Source of the DNA: Octopus vulgaris
Lineage: Eukaryota
Length of the DNA stretch: 64,000 nt
Direction of reading: 5' to 3'
Assembly (NCBI GenBank): GCA_951406725.2
Contig: OX597817.1
Coordinates: forward strand, 43,834,001 to 43,898,000
The number at the start of each line of letters is the position of its first letter. The first letter of the stretch is position 1. Of this stretch, positions 41,716-54,230 are shown in pieces. The position numbers were made by a program, and so were the translations under genes. The notes under the pieces are model-generated. The model was not told where the DNA came from. It searched no databases and was given only the letters and a program-made list of their open reading frames with translations.

Positions 41716-43040
41716 AGCAGGTTTAAATGAACAGTTTTCCTTCTACTCTTACACCTCGTCTTAATTCCTTAAACTCTTTTGTATCCTTCAACTTTCTTTC
41801 TTCATCTTTTGCCTTCATCTCACTCTCAACTTAGTCTGCTTCTCCTATTCCATTACTCTTACCTTCTCCCTTCTTACATGATTTCACCTACTACTTCTTG
41901 TTCACATATGAAGCTCACAAGGTCCTGCATTTCTTATCAGTTGCAGCCAGATTTTTTTAACTTAAAAGATTTCATTTATTTCTCTCATTTCTAATTTTCC
42001 CTCCTCATGGCAAGTTCATTGTACTCTTCTTATCAATTTTACTATATAATTTAAGTCTTGTTGACACAGACTAACACCAACTACTACGGAGTTTATTTGA
42101 TCACACACACACACACACATACCATGCACATGCATGTTTGTGTGTGTGTGTGTGTGTGTGCATGTGTGTGTGCATGCATGTGTGTGTATATTCATACATA
42201 AACTATGTTATACAAGTACCATATTTCAACATTATCTTCTTACAGACCAAGAGAATTGTCAAGCAGAATGTAAAACTTTTGGCTATGTTGTTTAATGTTA
42301 CTGTGATTGGCAACCTGGATGGCACACCATCACTATGGTTTTGCTGTTACCCACTCATTAAAATAGCTGACAAGTGGCTCCTATAATTTTCATTTAAATA
42401 ATTAAAAAATGTTTCTTAAAAGTAACAGTCATTCAACAAGGTAAGACATATATTAGGTATGGGCTATGGGTACTGTGGAAGGAAGTAGAATGATGTGATG
42501 TACTAGAAGCAATTTTTTTGAGTCTGTGCTTACAGACTATTTTGGCTTGTTTTCAATATTTCTTTTTTACATAACAGTCATTGTACCTAGTGGACTTACG
42601 TTCATCCCCTAGCCTATAACACTCAGTCTCCTATCTGTAATACAGCAGCATTAGACACAGAATAACTCTTTGATACATTTAAAAATATAACAAGTGTGCC
42701 TTATCATCATCATCATCATCATCATCGTCGTTTAGCGTCCGTTTTCCATGCTAGCATGGGTTGGACGGTTCTACTGGGGTCTGTGAAGCCAGAAGGCTTC
42801 ATCAGGCCTAGTCAAATCTGGCAGTGTTTCTACGGCTGGATGCCCTTCCTAACGCCAACCACTCCGTGAGTGTAGTGGGTGCTTTTTACGTGCCACCCGC
42901 ACAGGTGCCAGACAGAGCTGGCAAACGGCCACGAACGGATGGTGCTTTTTATGTGCCACTGGCACAAGAGCCAGGCGAGGCTGGCAACGGACACGAAACG
43001 GGGCGGTACTGGCAACGGTCGCGAAACGGAAGGTTCTCTT

Positions 43041-43331
43041 ACATGCCACCGGCACTGGTAACACATCTGCAATTTCCATTGATCGATTTCCATTCTGATC
43101 CTCACTTGCCTCAACGGGTCTTCACAAGTAGAGTTTCAACATGCCACCGGCACTGGTAACACATCTGCAATTTCCATTGATTGATTTCCATTCTGATCCT
43201 CACTTGCCTCAACGGGTCTTCACAAGTAGAGTATCAACATGCCACCGGCACTGGTAACACATCTGCAATTTCCATTGATCGATTTCGATTCTGATCCTCA
43301 CTTGCCTCAACAGGTCTTCACAAGTAGAGTT
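43041..43331. repeat. Three tandem ~98-bp near-identical units in the RTE 3'UTR
   Basis: acatgccaccggcactggtaacacatctgc...cacaagtagagt starts at 43041, 43139 and 43237. Confidence 0.95.
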
Positions 43332-43404
43332 TTGTGTCCCAAGAAGGGAAGGTATGCATACGTAGGCTGGCTCCATCCCAAGTAGAAGGCCACGGGTTAT
43401 GGAC

Positions 43405-45051
43405 TCACTTGTCCTGCCAGGTCTTCTCGCGCACAGCACACTTCCAGAGGACTCGGTCTCTAGTCATTTCCTCAGTGAGACCTAAAGTTCGAAGGTCGTG
43501 CTTCACCACCTCGTCCCAGGTTTTCCTGGGTCTGCCTCTTCCACAGGTTCCCTCAACCGCTAGGGTGTGGCACTTTTTCACACAACTATCTTCATCCATT
43601 CTTGCCACATGACCATACCAGCGCAATCGTCTCTCTTGCACACCACAACTGATGCTTCTTAGGTCCAGCTTTTCTCTCAAGGTACTTACACTCTGTCGAT
43701 TATGAACACTGACATTACACATCCATCGGAGCATACTGGCTTCATTTCTTGCGAGCTTACGCATATCCTCAGCAGTCACGGCCCATGTTTCACTGCCATG
43801 TAGCATGGCTGTTCGTACACACGCATCATACAGTCTGCCTTTCACTCTGTGCGAGAGGCCTTTTGTCACCAGCAGAGGTAAGAGCTCTCTGAACTTTGCC
43901 CAAGCTATTCTTACTCTAGCAGTTACACTTTCAGCACACCCGCCCCCGCTGCTGACTTGGTCACCTAGGTAACGGAAACTATCAACTATTTCTAGTTTTT
44001 CTCCCTGGAAAGTGACGGAAGTTGGTCTCAGAGCATTTTCAGTGTTTATTGTTCCTGAGCATCTGCCACATACAAAAACCATCTTCCTAGTTAGCCTTCC
44101 TTTGACATTGCTGCACCTCTTATGTGTCCATAGCTTACACTTGGTGCATCTTGAAATAGAGTTTCTACCTACACCTTTTCTACAGATCGAGCAGGGCCAT
44201 CTACCTGAAGGCGTTTGTGATTTGTCTACCTTCCTACTGATTACGACTTTGGTTTTAGCTAGATTGACTCTGAGGCCCTTCAATTCTAATCCTTGTTTCC
44301 ACACCTGAAACTTCTCCTCCAGTTCTGATAGCGACTCAGCAATTAGAGCAAGGTCATCAGCATAGAGGAGCTCCCAAGGGCATCCTGTCTTGAATTCCTC
44401 CGTTATTGCCTGGAGGACTATGATAAATAGGAGGGGGCTGAGTACTGAGCCTTGGTGGATCCCTACCTCTACCCAGAATTCTTCACTGTACTCGTTTCCA
44501 ACCCTCACCCTACTAGCAGCGTCCCTATACATGGCCCGCACAGCTCTCACTAACCATTCATCTATCTCTAGTTTCCTCATTGCCCACCAGATAAGGGATT
44601 GAGGGACCCTGTCGAAGGCTTTCTCCATGTCAACAAAAGCCAGGTACAAGGGCTTATCTTTGGCTAGGTATTTCTCCTGCAGCTGCCTTACCAGGAATAT
44701 AGCATCAGTAGTACTTTTCCCTGGCACAAACCCAAACTGCATCTCATCTAAACTTACTCTCTCTCTAATTAGTTGGGCTATGACCCTCTCCGTAACCTTC
44801 ATCACCTGATCCAACAGCTTGATACCTCTGTAGTTATTTGTATCTAGGGCGTCACCTTTACCTTTGTAGCAGTTGACTATTATGCTGCTACACCAGTCAT
44901 TGGGTATGACTCCTTTGTGTATCACCTGATTAACTATATGGGTGACTAGGCTATAGCCGACACTACCAGACATTTTGAGCATCTCTGCAGTGATTCCTGA
45001 TGGGCCTGGGGCTTTTCCTGTCTTCGTGCTTCTAATTGCCTTAGCTACCAC
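43405..45051 (-). CDS. RTE LINE reverse transcriptase (partial, no true start codon) with inserted PHD-like Cys/His finger
   Basis: KAPGPSGI, NYRGIKLL, QFGF, AFVDMEKAFDRV, GIHQGSVLSPLLF, LLYADDL, FRYLG and RTE-type C-terminus (HGSETW, RRLRWYGHV, GRGRPRKTW). The listed start is an internal GTG. Confidence 0.95.
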   Translation of the reverse strand: MVAKAIRSTKTGKAPGPSGITAEMLKMSGSVGYSLVTHIVNQVIHKGVIPNDWCSSIIVNCYKGKGDALDTNNYRGIKLLDQVMKVTERVIAQLIRERVSLDEMQFGFVPGKSTTDAIFLVRQLQEKYLAKDKPLYLAFVDMEKAFDRVPQSLIWWAMRKLEIDEWLVRAVRAMYRDAASRVRVGNEYSEEFWVEVGIHQGSVLSPLLFIIVLQAITEEFKTGCPWELLYADDLALIAESLSELEEKFQVWKQGLELKGLRVNLAKTKVVISRKVDKSQTPSGRWPCSICRKGVGRNSISRCTKCKLWTHKRCSNVKGRLTRKMVFVCGRCSGTINTENALRPTSVTFQGEKLEIVDSFRYLGDQVSSGGGCAESVTARVRIAWAKFRELLPLLVTKGLSHRVKGRLYDACVRTAMLHGSETWAVTAEDMRKLARNEASMLRWMCNVSVHNRQSVSTLREKLDLRSISCGVQERRLRWYGHVARMDEDSCVKKCHTLAVEGTCGRGRPRKTWDEVVKHDLRTLGLTEEMTRDRVLWKCAVREKTWQDK

Positions 45052-45110
45052 GGAACTATCAACTCGGATAGCTGGTCCCTCTGTTAGCTGGTCCCTCGGA
45101 TAGCTGGTCC

Positions 45111-45152
<42 letters not shown>

Positions 45153-45154
45153 CA

Positions 45155-45330
45155 TACAGGTTGGTTAGTTTGTTAAAAAGTTTGTTTCCAAACTATTTGG
45201 TTGTAGGTCCAGTTCCCTTACATGACACCTTGGTCAAGTGCCCTCTGCTATAGCTTGAGTCAGCCAAAATCATATATATTTGGTAGATGGGAACTGAAAG
45301 ATGCCCATCATATTCATGTATGTGTATGTG
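45155..45330 (+). mobile_element. Decayed SINE of a third family; partial inverted copy at ~45640-45700
   Basis: gacaccttggtcaagtgccctctgctatag...tttggtagatgggaactgaaagatgccc; reverse-complement relative tagtagacacttgctcaaggtagtgcacagtgggac ~400 bp downstream. Confidence 0.55.
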
Positions 45331-46115
45331 TGTGCATGTTCATGCACATGTATCTGTTTGTGTCTTTACATATTCTCTGAATACTGTGAGCTACAACTAG
45401 TGACAATGTCATTTCTTTGTCAACATCTTTGAAAATGTCTGACATATGAGGAGATTCCTTTCAAAAACAGGTAAATGTTAGTGACAGGAAGGGTATCCAG
45501 CAATAAAACAATGCTAATAATAATAACCAATGATAACATGGAATAATGAAATTTAAAAAATGAACAATATATGAAAACACTCTCTCTCTTTCGCTCTCTC
45601 ACACACACACTGTTAGTACTTTGATCACTCATCACTATCATAGTAGACACTTGCTCAAGGTAGTGCACAGTGGGACTGCACTCAAAACCATGTGCTTGAG
45701 AAGTAATGTCTATGACTATATATATACATATATATGAAAAGAAAATGAAAATGGAATAAGGGATTATGTCATGAACTGCATTAGATTGCAGCTGTTTTGC
45801 AATAAGATGCAATGCACTCATAGTTGAATACTTGTGTATCATTCTATAGCATCAGTGGAGCTTCAAACATGTACAATTTTATCTGGAAAATGTAAACTAA
45901 TGAAGTTCATGACAATTCCTCATTCCTTCATTTTAATGTCTTATTACTGCTCTATACTTGATAGATGCTTTGTTCTGAAACATATGAATATTGAGTTCTG
46001 TCACTAAGTTATGTAGTATTTCTATACCTAAGTGAAATAATAATAATGATTGTAATAAAAATAATAATAATAATAATAATAATAATTATATATATATATA
46101 TACATATATATGTAA

Positions 46116-46380
46116 GTGAAGGTGCATGACCTGGTGGTGTGTTGTGTCTCTGAGGAACACACCACTATATTTCATGATGCTTCAGTCCATTCAGCTGGCA
46201 AAAATTAGTAGTACATGTATTTTAAAGGGCCAGCTTTGTCACATTCTGTGTCATACTGAGTCTCCCTGGGAACTACATTAAGAGTATGCCTGTCTGTGGA
46301 GTGCTCAGCCATTCAAACATTAGTTTCAAGAGCAGGCTGTTCCACTGATTGAATCAGATGGATAACTGATGGAATGCTAT
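46116..46380 (+). mobile_element. Decayed SINE with the same head as 53532
   Basis: aagtgaaggtgcatg start; internally deleted; tatttcatgatgcttcagtccattcagctg core. Confidence 0.55.
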
Positions 46381-46439
46381 TTATACTTAACATCTAGTTT
46401 GCTTGTATATATATATACACATATATATGCACAGGATTT

Positions 46440-47520
46440 GCAAAGACTAGATAGAAATAAAGTGAGCATGGTTTACTGCATGTGTAATGTTAGTATGCAT
46501 GAATCAGAGTATAATTGACCTGAGAAAAAATCTGTATATAAGAATCAAATGTAATATGCAAGAGAGAAGACTAATGTATGGATATACAATGCATATTGAT
46601 GACAACAGTGACATAAAAGAAGTATCAAACACTCAATATGAACAAAGAGAAGACTTAGAAAGACATGGGACAAAATGGAGAAAAACCGATCTGAAGTTGC
46701 TGAACCTCACAGAGGAAATAACAAACATCACAACAATTTGTGACTTGTCATAATGAAGATGACCTGAACTTGTGCAAGGAAGGTAGAAAGGAATCTATAA
46801 CCGTTACTATATCAATTTTTTATTCACCCCTCCATCTCTGATCTACCTTCCTACCTTTTTTCTCACTGCTTTTGCTGCATTCATCTACTGTTCCAACTCC
46901 AGGCCTTATTTCTTTTGTGGTCCCTGTCCTCTTTCTATAAATTCTTCATTGCCCCAATACTGTCCATTTACTCTCTCATCTCCCTCTGATAGTACCCAGC
47001 ATCTCTGTTTTTAGTGACTCTCCTTGTAGTTTCTTCAGCTCCCTTTTCACTTTCATATCTCTCTCTCTCTCACTCATACAGTCCTCCACTGAGCCTACTC
47101 TCGTAGCCCATCAGCCTTACCTTGCTCTTCCTCTCTCAATTTCACTAACTCCTGATACTACTCCTTCTCTTTGCCATTCCCAAGCTTTCCTCATCTCTGT
47201 TACCTTCTCTATTGGCACCTTCTCACAAAATTAAACCTGTTCTTCCCATCCATAACTTAAATTCTCTTAACTCCAAAGCTAAAGTTATTGCCCTGTCTTC
47301 TTTCCTCTGTTTCAGTTGTGAGAACTCTAACTAGCAAGACAGTCTCAATGGAGCCAATGCCATGAAAAAGCATCCAGTTCACTGGCAAATTAAGCACAGA
47401 AAATGCAGCATTGAGAGAACTCTTTAAATGTTGATAACAGGAAAGCAACAGGCCATACAAAAACTATCTCAATAAGCTTTGTTCAAACCATGCCAGCATA
47501 GAAAATTGGGTGTAAAAACT
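46440..47520 (+). mobile_element. Old RTE LINE 3' end (ORF C-terminus, CT-rich UTR, tail)
   Basis: Decayed match to the young copy's ASMLRWMCNVSVH...MQERRL..YG.. region, then a CT-rich tract and a caaaccatgccagcatagaaaa tail; opposite orientation to the young copy. Confidence 0.65.
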
Positions 47521-47657
47521 AATGAAATATATGTCCTGTGTGCATATGTATATATGTAAGTGTGTGAATGTATAAATATATATATATACATATACATATA
47601 CATATATATATATATGTATCATTTATACAGTATTAGAAAGTTATATTAGAAAGTTAC

Positions 47658-47681
47658 CCTCATAATGGCCAGTTCTTGTTA
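47658..47681 (-). CDS. Nrxn: Candidate 24-nt neurexin SS4 microexon (VTRTGHYE)
   Basis: ctctcattctttaacttgaattttttcag|TAACAAGAACTGGCCATTATGAGG|gtaact; symmetric phase 1, no stop. Splice-signal evidence only. Confidence 0.45.
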
Positions 47682-50600
47682 CTGAAAAAATTCAAGTTAA
47701 AGAATGAGAGAGTATATTGTATGATGCTTGGTGAGTATTAAATTACCCTTCCACACTTGGAGTATTCTTTAACACAAAATCTTTTGGGAATATGAATTGG
47801 CTGGTTTGAGACTAAATTTATAATACTGCATAAAAGAAAAATATTCCCACTCTGTTACCTAATATACAAGCACCTGATTTTTCTGATTTAGGAATATACA
47901 CAACTAATATATAATGTATATATAAAATAATGTATATATTAGGAATATATACAACTAATATATATTTATACACATATATACATATATATATAATTATATA
48001 TGTATATATGTATGTGTGTGTCTGTGTATCTTTGCACATATGTATATGCTCACAAACAACTGTTTACAGTTTATATTTAGAGAAATTATTATTTTGAAAT
48101 ATATTTTTGTCTAATTTACATTATTATAAAGGAAAAGAAAAATTGTTATAATCTGAAGTATTTGTGTTTGTACATTTATTTAAATGTAAATGTTATTTGC
48201 TCAGGCATCGTTTTAAATTCCAATAAAAACAAACAAAAAAATTTAAAAATCTAATCTGATTAAGCATTGCTCTAAAATATTTCATAAAATTAATAAATAG
48301 TGTTACATTAATAAAAATGCATCTGAACTCTGTATGAATCAGAAAACAACTAATTTTAGTGAAATATTAAATTTGTAACAAAATCATTGACTTACATATT
48401 CTAGGTAACATTTCCTACATTTTGTTTGTATTAAATAGTACAGATGTTGGTTGTAGACTTTGCAGTCAAATATAATATCACTTGCACTATTTTATTTCTC
48501 TGCTTTGAGAGAAGATACATAATTTTTCATGTTTAGAAATAAAAAACTCAATCAATAAAAGCAAATTTTCTGTTCTCATTAGGTGGGTATTAACTCTAAA
48601 ACTTTAAAAACACTAAAAGTGTCTTCTAGTTCTCATATCTAAAAGTTATTTAGTCTTAAGGTTGATGTAACATTAAAGAGATTCCCTTTTATTTCTACTT
48701 GTGCTATTGATATATCTTATGCTAATGAATGTTGATGGTGATATTAAACATGGCTAGTTCATTGTTGCAAGATGACATGTTTTATCACTATTAAATATGA
48801 GGTATACAGTTTATTATTAAGCAATAAAATATGCATTCAAAGTAATAGTTTGGAGAATATAATTGATAAAACTTGATAATTAACTATTATACTTGTGTCT
48901 TTCTCTATAGTGTATTTCTTTTTTATTTTTAAATTTTTCATGTCTTTAATAAAAAATAGATATCAGCCGAGCAAAGTTTAAAAAATACATAAAACACATC
49001 ACTAACAATACAAAAACCTTAAAATTTTATGAAAATATACCTGTTTATCTGAATTTATTTTTCTTTTTTTATATTTTCAAATATAAACTTTTCTTTACAA
49101 AAACAGAGAAAATAATCAATAAAACACAAATAAATCAATGCATATATATATATATCTTCTTCTTCTTCTTCTATATATATATATATATATATTTGTATAT
49201 ATAGATATATGCACACACAAATTAGCATATATGAATAGAAAATGTCTAAATAGTGTCTGTTTTCGCTTTTACATTTTTGGCTCATTTTTTTGTATGATGT
49301 AATCATTATAGAATGTTACAATAATGGATATGTGCATCAAACATTTTACATAGACTGCAAGCACATTGCAGAGGGTAATAATAGGAACAAAAATCAGTTT
49401 AATATAATTCTATCCTGGTGTGCTACTATCTGAACAGAACTGACAATATATGATTAAATTCAGTTTTCAATCACCTTAAGACTAGATTTATCAACAAGCT
49501 CACTGTAAAATTTCATTCAGAGATAATAGCATTTTTTAAAGTATTATTTATTCTAAATTAAAAATGCTACATAATTAAAACTGGCATTTTATATACAAAA
49601 TCTAATCATTTTTCAAGATTGTAAGAATAAATTAATTTTCCAAAAGTACATAAGAATTAAGATTTTAGGATAGAATTATGTCAGAGAATGGTTTAAATAA
49701 CAAAATAACAAAAATATGCAAAATGTTCATTGTTACAAAATTAAATTAATACATTGATTAACATTATTTAGTGAAATAAAGAAAGAGTTAAATTTTAGGT
49801 TTAAAAAGTTGGTAATATTACATCAGTACATAATTTGGAAGATAAGAAGTTTAGAAAGAATTCGAATATTTGAAAAATACTGAGTGTTTCCTATTTTTCA
49901 TTTTGTTATAATTCAAAGACCTTTCAGAGATTTTTTTTTTAAAGAGCTATATCAATTTATGATAGCATCTTATACAGACAATAAAACTTTCTGGAAATTT
50001 TCAGTAAAGGTATTGCTATGGAATCTATGAGCAACTATGATAGAGTAACAATGCAAATTTAATGATCTTTTTTCAATGCTTTTATTATAAACTAGCCATG
50101 TTTAAAATAATGTTTAATTTTATAAAGAAGAATTGCTTTTGAAAGTTCCTCAAAATGTCATCAATAGTATTTAACTAATGTAGATTATTAAAGATTACCT
50201 ATAAGAATTATATATTACAAGTGAGTTTCTAAAAGTATTACTTTTAATAGCATTATTCATAATGTTTAAATGGCTTTAATGATAGTACCAAATATACTTT
50301 CTAACCAAGATATTTTAGAAAAAATAATTATTTTAATGTAAATGTTATATAAAATGAGAAAAGTTTGAGTTGAATGTAGTAAAATCATGCTAATACACAA
50401 CAGAAATAAGAAGTGAATGCCATTATTCCTTTACTAATACTTCAGAAATAACTATTTAAAGAAAAATGAGTAAGAAACAACAAAAATAATATCAATCATA
50501 ACTAAGATAGCATTACAAGACTAATTGAATGAAAATGAATTCTTATTGTTAAAATTAATAATATCATTTGTTTGAAGGTTGTAAATATTTAACAAAGAGA

Positions 50601-50899
50601 ATTCAGGTTTTTTATTAACAATCTTTAATGGTTATACTTAAAAACGTTTACTTTCATTATTATAAATTAGTCGAAAGAAGAGTAGCATCAATGACCTATG
50701 TAAGTAATCTCATACTGGTTAAGATGTGTTGATAATGAAAAACTCGAACTTCTGTAGATTTATACTCATAGGAAAAACATAGTCAAGAAGGCAATGCTAG
50801 TGAGCTGCAGTTCTAGATTGTTAAATTTGGAATTTGCTGAGTAATACACAGTAGGGATGATGACAAGAAGAGATGAGAGCCAAGTGAAATAGATGAGCT

Positions 50900-52000
50900 T
50901 GGGAGGAGGTAGTATCTAGCTTACTGGTTTAGAGGAGTAAAAGTTAGTGTTAGTAATTGTGAAGGAGGAAGTGAGTGAAGAAATAATGTATATTTGGGCT
51001 AGTGAATGTAGCATAGTGTTGGATGAATCTTTACTTATCAGTCAGATAACCAATTTTGGAATGGAGTTTATAGCAGCAGTACTGTCATAGAAATGTGAGC
51101 AGTACATCAATGTGAATCATACCCGAGCTTTAGAAGGCCAGTAATTGATCAAAGAAGTATTTTCTAGCCCTGAAAGAAAAAAAACTGGTCTTTTTAATTT
51201 AATTTCACCTATGTTCTTTATGTAAAGCTGCCATAACAAGTCAGAAGAGGCTTTGAAGCCTTACATTTGTTGTGACTTTACTATTCTTGTGTTCACACAA
51301 AAGGGTGTAAACAAGGCAGTTACTGGTGCATACTTACAGGTTTCTGTTCATGAAAGTAGATCAAGTTTGTTGTGAGATATCTAAGCTGCATGACAACACC
51401 TACATGCAGAAAGTTAAAGAAGAGCGAAGTGGGGGCATCACCTGGGAGAAAGAGAGAGAGAGAGGGGGGAGGGAGACAGAGAGAGAGAGATTATAAGTAA
51501 CAAGGAGAATCTCGGGCTGAACAGAAATGATTCTTCTCAATGCAAGCTGAAATAGAGTGGTCTAACAGAGACTTCATGTTTAAGAGATGAATGGAAAGAT
51601 CCCATAATCAAGCAGCATTACTCTAAGATTCTTGTGTCAGACACAGCTGAAAGCTTTGCTCAAGGACAATATGCAATGCTATATTCTGTTTTGGATGGGT
51701 CAAAAGTGAAGTACTAAAGCTATGTTTTAGGTGAGTCAGAAGTGAAGTACATTGCTCTCAAGAGAAGTCAGTATAGATTTGATGTTAGACCTGATGTTGA
51801 AACAGTATAGAACTGAGAGTTGAAGTACCAGACAGATTAGTTGCAGAATAGGATTATGTAAACTGGTCAACTTGACGGGATAATCAGATGATCCAACAAG
51901 GGAAGATATGTAGATAGTTGAGTTTAGAGATGAGATAGAAGGCAAGAGTGTTTGGAAAGTTGGTTTGAGTTATGGGTAGGTGAGGAAAATAACTGCTGCA
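50900..52000 (-). mobile_element. Highly decayed LINE-like remnant (possibly CR1/L2)
   Basis: Composition shift and a weak endonuclease-start-like motif (LSVLYCFNIRSN); family and boundaries uncertain. Confidence 0.25.
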
Positions 52001-53270
52001 GACAATTCAGGGTAACAAACAATTTGGGAGGAATGAGAGAATTGAGAAATGCTGGAGGCATTGAAGTTACTATGGATGATGATTTCAGAAAAAGTTTAGT
52101 TGAAATAAATAAATAACTTCAATACAATTTGGGAGATAGTCATACAGCTACTGGAGTTTAAAGGAATTTAGAAAGAAGTTGAGAAAACATGAACAAATAA
52201 GGAAGGAAGACTTAAGTCAGAGTAACTGGAAATTATTGTTTTTAACATTCAGGTGAGAAAATATAACTTGGCTGTCCAAGAGATACCATAATATATCTTA
52301 GTAAGTTGAAATATAATTAAAATACAATTATTTCCTGCTAAACATATTTCTTCTTAAAATTGAAGTTTCTATTAAGATAAAACACATTAATAATTTTCAA
52401 AACATTAAACTATTGTTTTCTTAGAAGAAAGCAATAACAATGCTCAAGACAAATGTTATAAGGAAGCTGGATAGTTTAAATTTAGTTGTTAGTTTTAATA
52501 AATATTGGCTATAAAAGTATTAATGGGAGTAATCTGAAGAATATCGGTTGAGAGAATGCAACTTTCCTCAAAACATAAAGAAAATCTGATATACCTACAA
52601 AACAAATTAATCCCCCTAGGAGAGTATAAAAGAACCAATATGTTAATTCTATTAATTAAACAAAAAATAAAATCAAAATAAAATCAAACAAATAAAATCA
52701 ATCAAGTTAAATTAAAGATCCAACTTTCTAATAAAAGATTCAACAGACTGATTAACATTTATGAAAAATGACTTTAACTAGTACAACAAAACTGAAAATC
52801 ATAGAAATCTTTAGAATGAAAAAATATAGGTTGAATAAAAAATAACAAGATCAAAGAAATATACCAGAAACTACAAATCAAATGTTTTAAGGTTCTTACT
52901 AAGCTGTGAAATTCATTAATAAAAAATGACTTAACTAAGTATATTAGGTATACCCAGGCATAAATTCATTTAAAACCTAAAAGAGTGTTTATAATTTCAT
53001 ACTAAATGTAATAGTCACAGGAAAAGTGTAACATCTTAAAATGACTCTTAATTTTAAGATATATATAATTTATACTATATTTGTTATATTATGATTAAAA
53101 CCAAGCTACAAATTTTGGCTTCAACCTGGTTATATTATTTTACAGATGAAGACAATACAGTAAAATTATAACATTTTCTCAAATATTCCATACTATCATC
53201 TCAATCTAGATTTTGTTGAAAACATTTCTAATACTATGCTTACTTCTCTGTGCCAGTCTATTTATGTAGA

Positions 53271-53301
<31 letters not shown>

Positions 53302-53482
53302 CATGTATACATATATATATGTACATATATACATGTGTGTCTATGTATATATATATATATATACATGTGTGTCTATGTATATATATATATATACACACAC
53401 ACACATATATGAATATGTATGTTCATATATATATAAATATATAACTATATATGCATATATACACACACATATGTATATGTAT

Positions 53483-53525
<43 letters not shown>

Positions 53526-53531
53526 AGTTAA

Positions 53532-53876
53532 GTGAAGGTGCATGGCTCAGTGGTTAGAGCATCGAGTTTACGATCGTGAGGTTGTGAGCTCGAATCCCGG
53601 ACCGGGCTGCGTGTTGTGTTCTTGAGCAAGACACTTTATTTCACGTTGCTCCAGTTAACTCAGCTGTAGAAATGAGTTGCGACGTCACAGGTGCCAAGCT
53701 GTATCGACCTTTGTCTTTCCCTTGGATAACACTGGTGGCGTGGAGAGGGGAGGCCGGTATGCATGGGCGACTACTGGTCTTCCATAAAACAACCTTGCCC
53801 AGACTTGTGCCTCAGAGGGTAACTCTCTAGGTGCAAACCCATGGTCACTCATGACCGAAGGGGGTCTTTACCCTTT
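53532..53876 (+). mobile_element. Young tRNA-derived SINE
   Basis: A box TGGCTCAGTGG, B-box-like GCTCGAATCCC, central GTGTTCTTGAGCAAGACACT; CpG-rich relative to flanks. Older relatives at ~4518-4805 and ~46116-46380. Confidence 0.85.
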
Positions 53877-54230
53877 AGTTTATAGAACACTCCTCAGAGA
53901 ATAAATACCTCTCAGTCACCCTGTCTGTGAAGAGAACTAAATAGAAAATGCTATTTAAATCAAACATATACAAGGAAGTTAAATATTTGATTTAAACAGT
54001 GTTAATAGGAAGTAGCTGAAACAGCTTGACTATTGTGTATTTGTCAGTAGCATGATTAATTAATTTTTCATTAATTATCATGCCACTAACAAATTCATAC
54101 TATGAGAATTAGTCAAGCTGTTTATTGCACATTATTGTTTGTGTTTGATTTAAGTAGCATTTAATATTCAGTCCTCTTTCTAGACAGATGAGTGGGGTTA
54201 ATTTACCTCTGGGGAGTAGCTAATTAACTA
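53877..54230. repeat. ~355-bp imperfect palindrome (foldback/MITE)
   Basis: actcctcagag / ctctggggagt; atgctatttaaatcaaaca / tgtttgatttaagtagcat; aaacagcttgacta / tagtcaagctgttt; gcatgattaattaa / ttaattatcatgc. Confidence 0.8.

Larger units (their letters stand above)
42705..45110 (-). mobile_element. Young 5'-truncated RTE-clade LINE
   Basis: Intact RT ORF, ~700-bp 3'UTR, terminal palindrome CCATGCTAGCATGG and (GAT)n tail; probable 6-bp TSD CCTTAT (42699-42704 and 45111-45116); no endonuclease domain present. Confidence 0.95.

Noticed and set aside
42780-42812. CTGATGA plus short stem on the minus strand of the RTE 3'UTR as a hammerhead ribozyme
   Set aside because: The stem is followed by TCAC, not the required GAAA core.
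43041-43331. Tandem repeats as a CRISPR array
   Set aside because: Contiguous 98-bp units without unique spacers, in a eukaryotic LINE UTR.
44012-44809. Plus-strand ORFs overlapping the RT
   Set aside because: Antisense shadows of the RT coding sequence.
53540-53610. tRNA gene
   Set aside because: A/B boxes continue into a SINE body with related decayed copies; no convincing acceptor stem.
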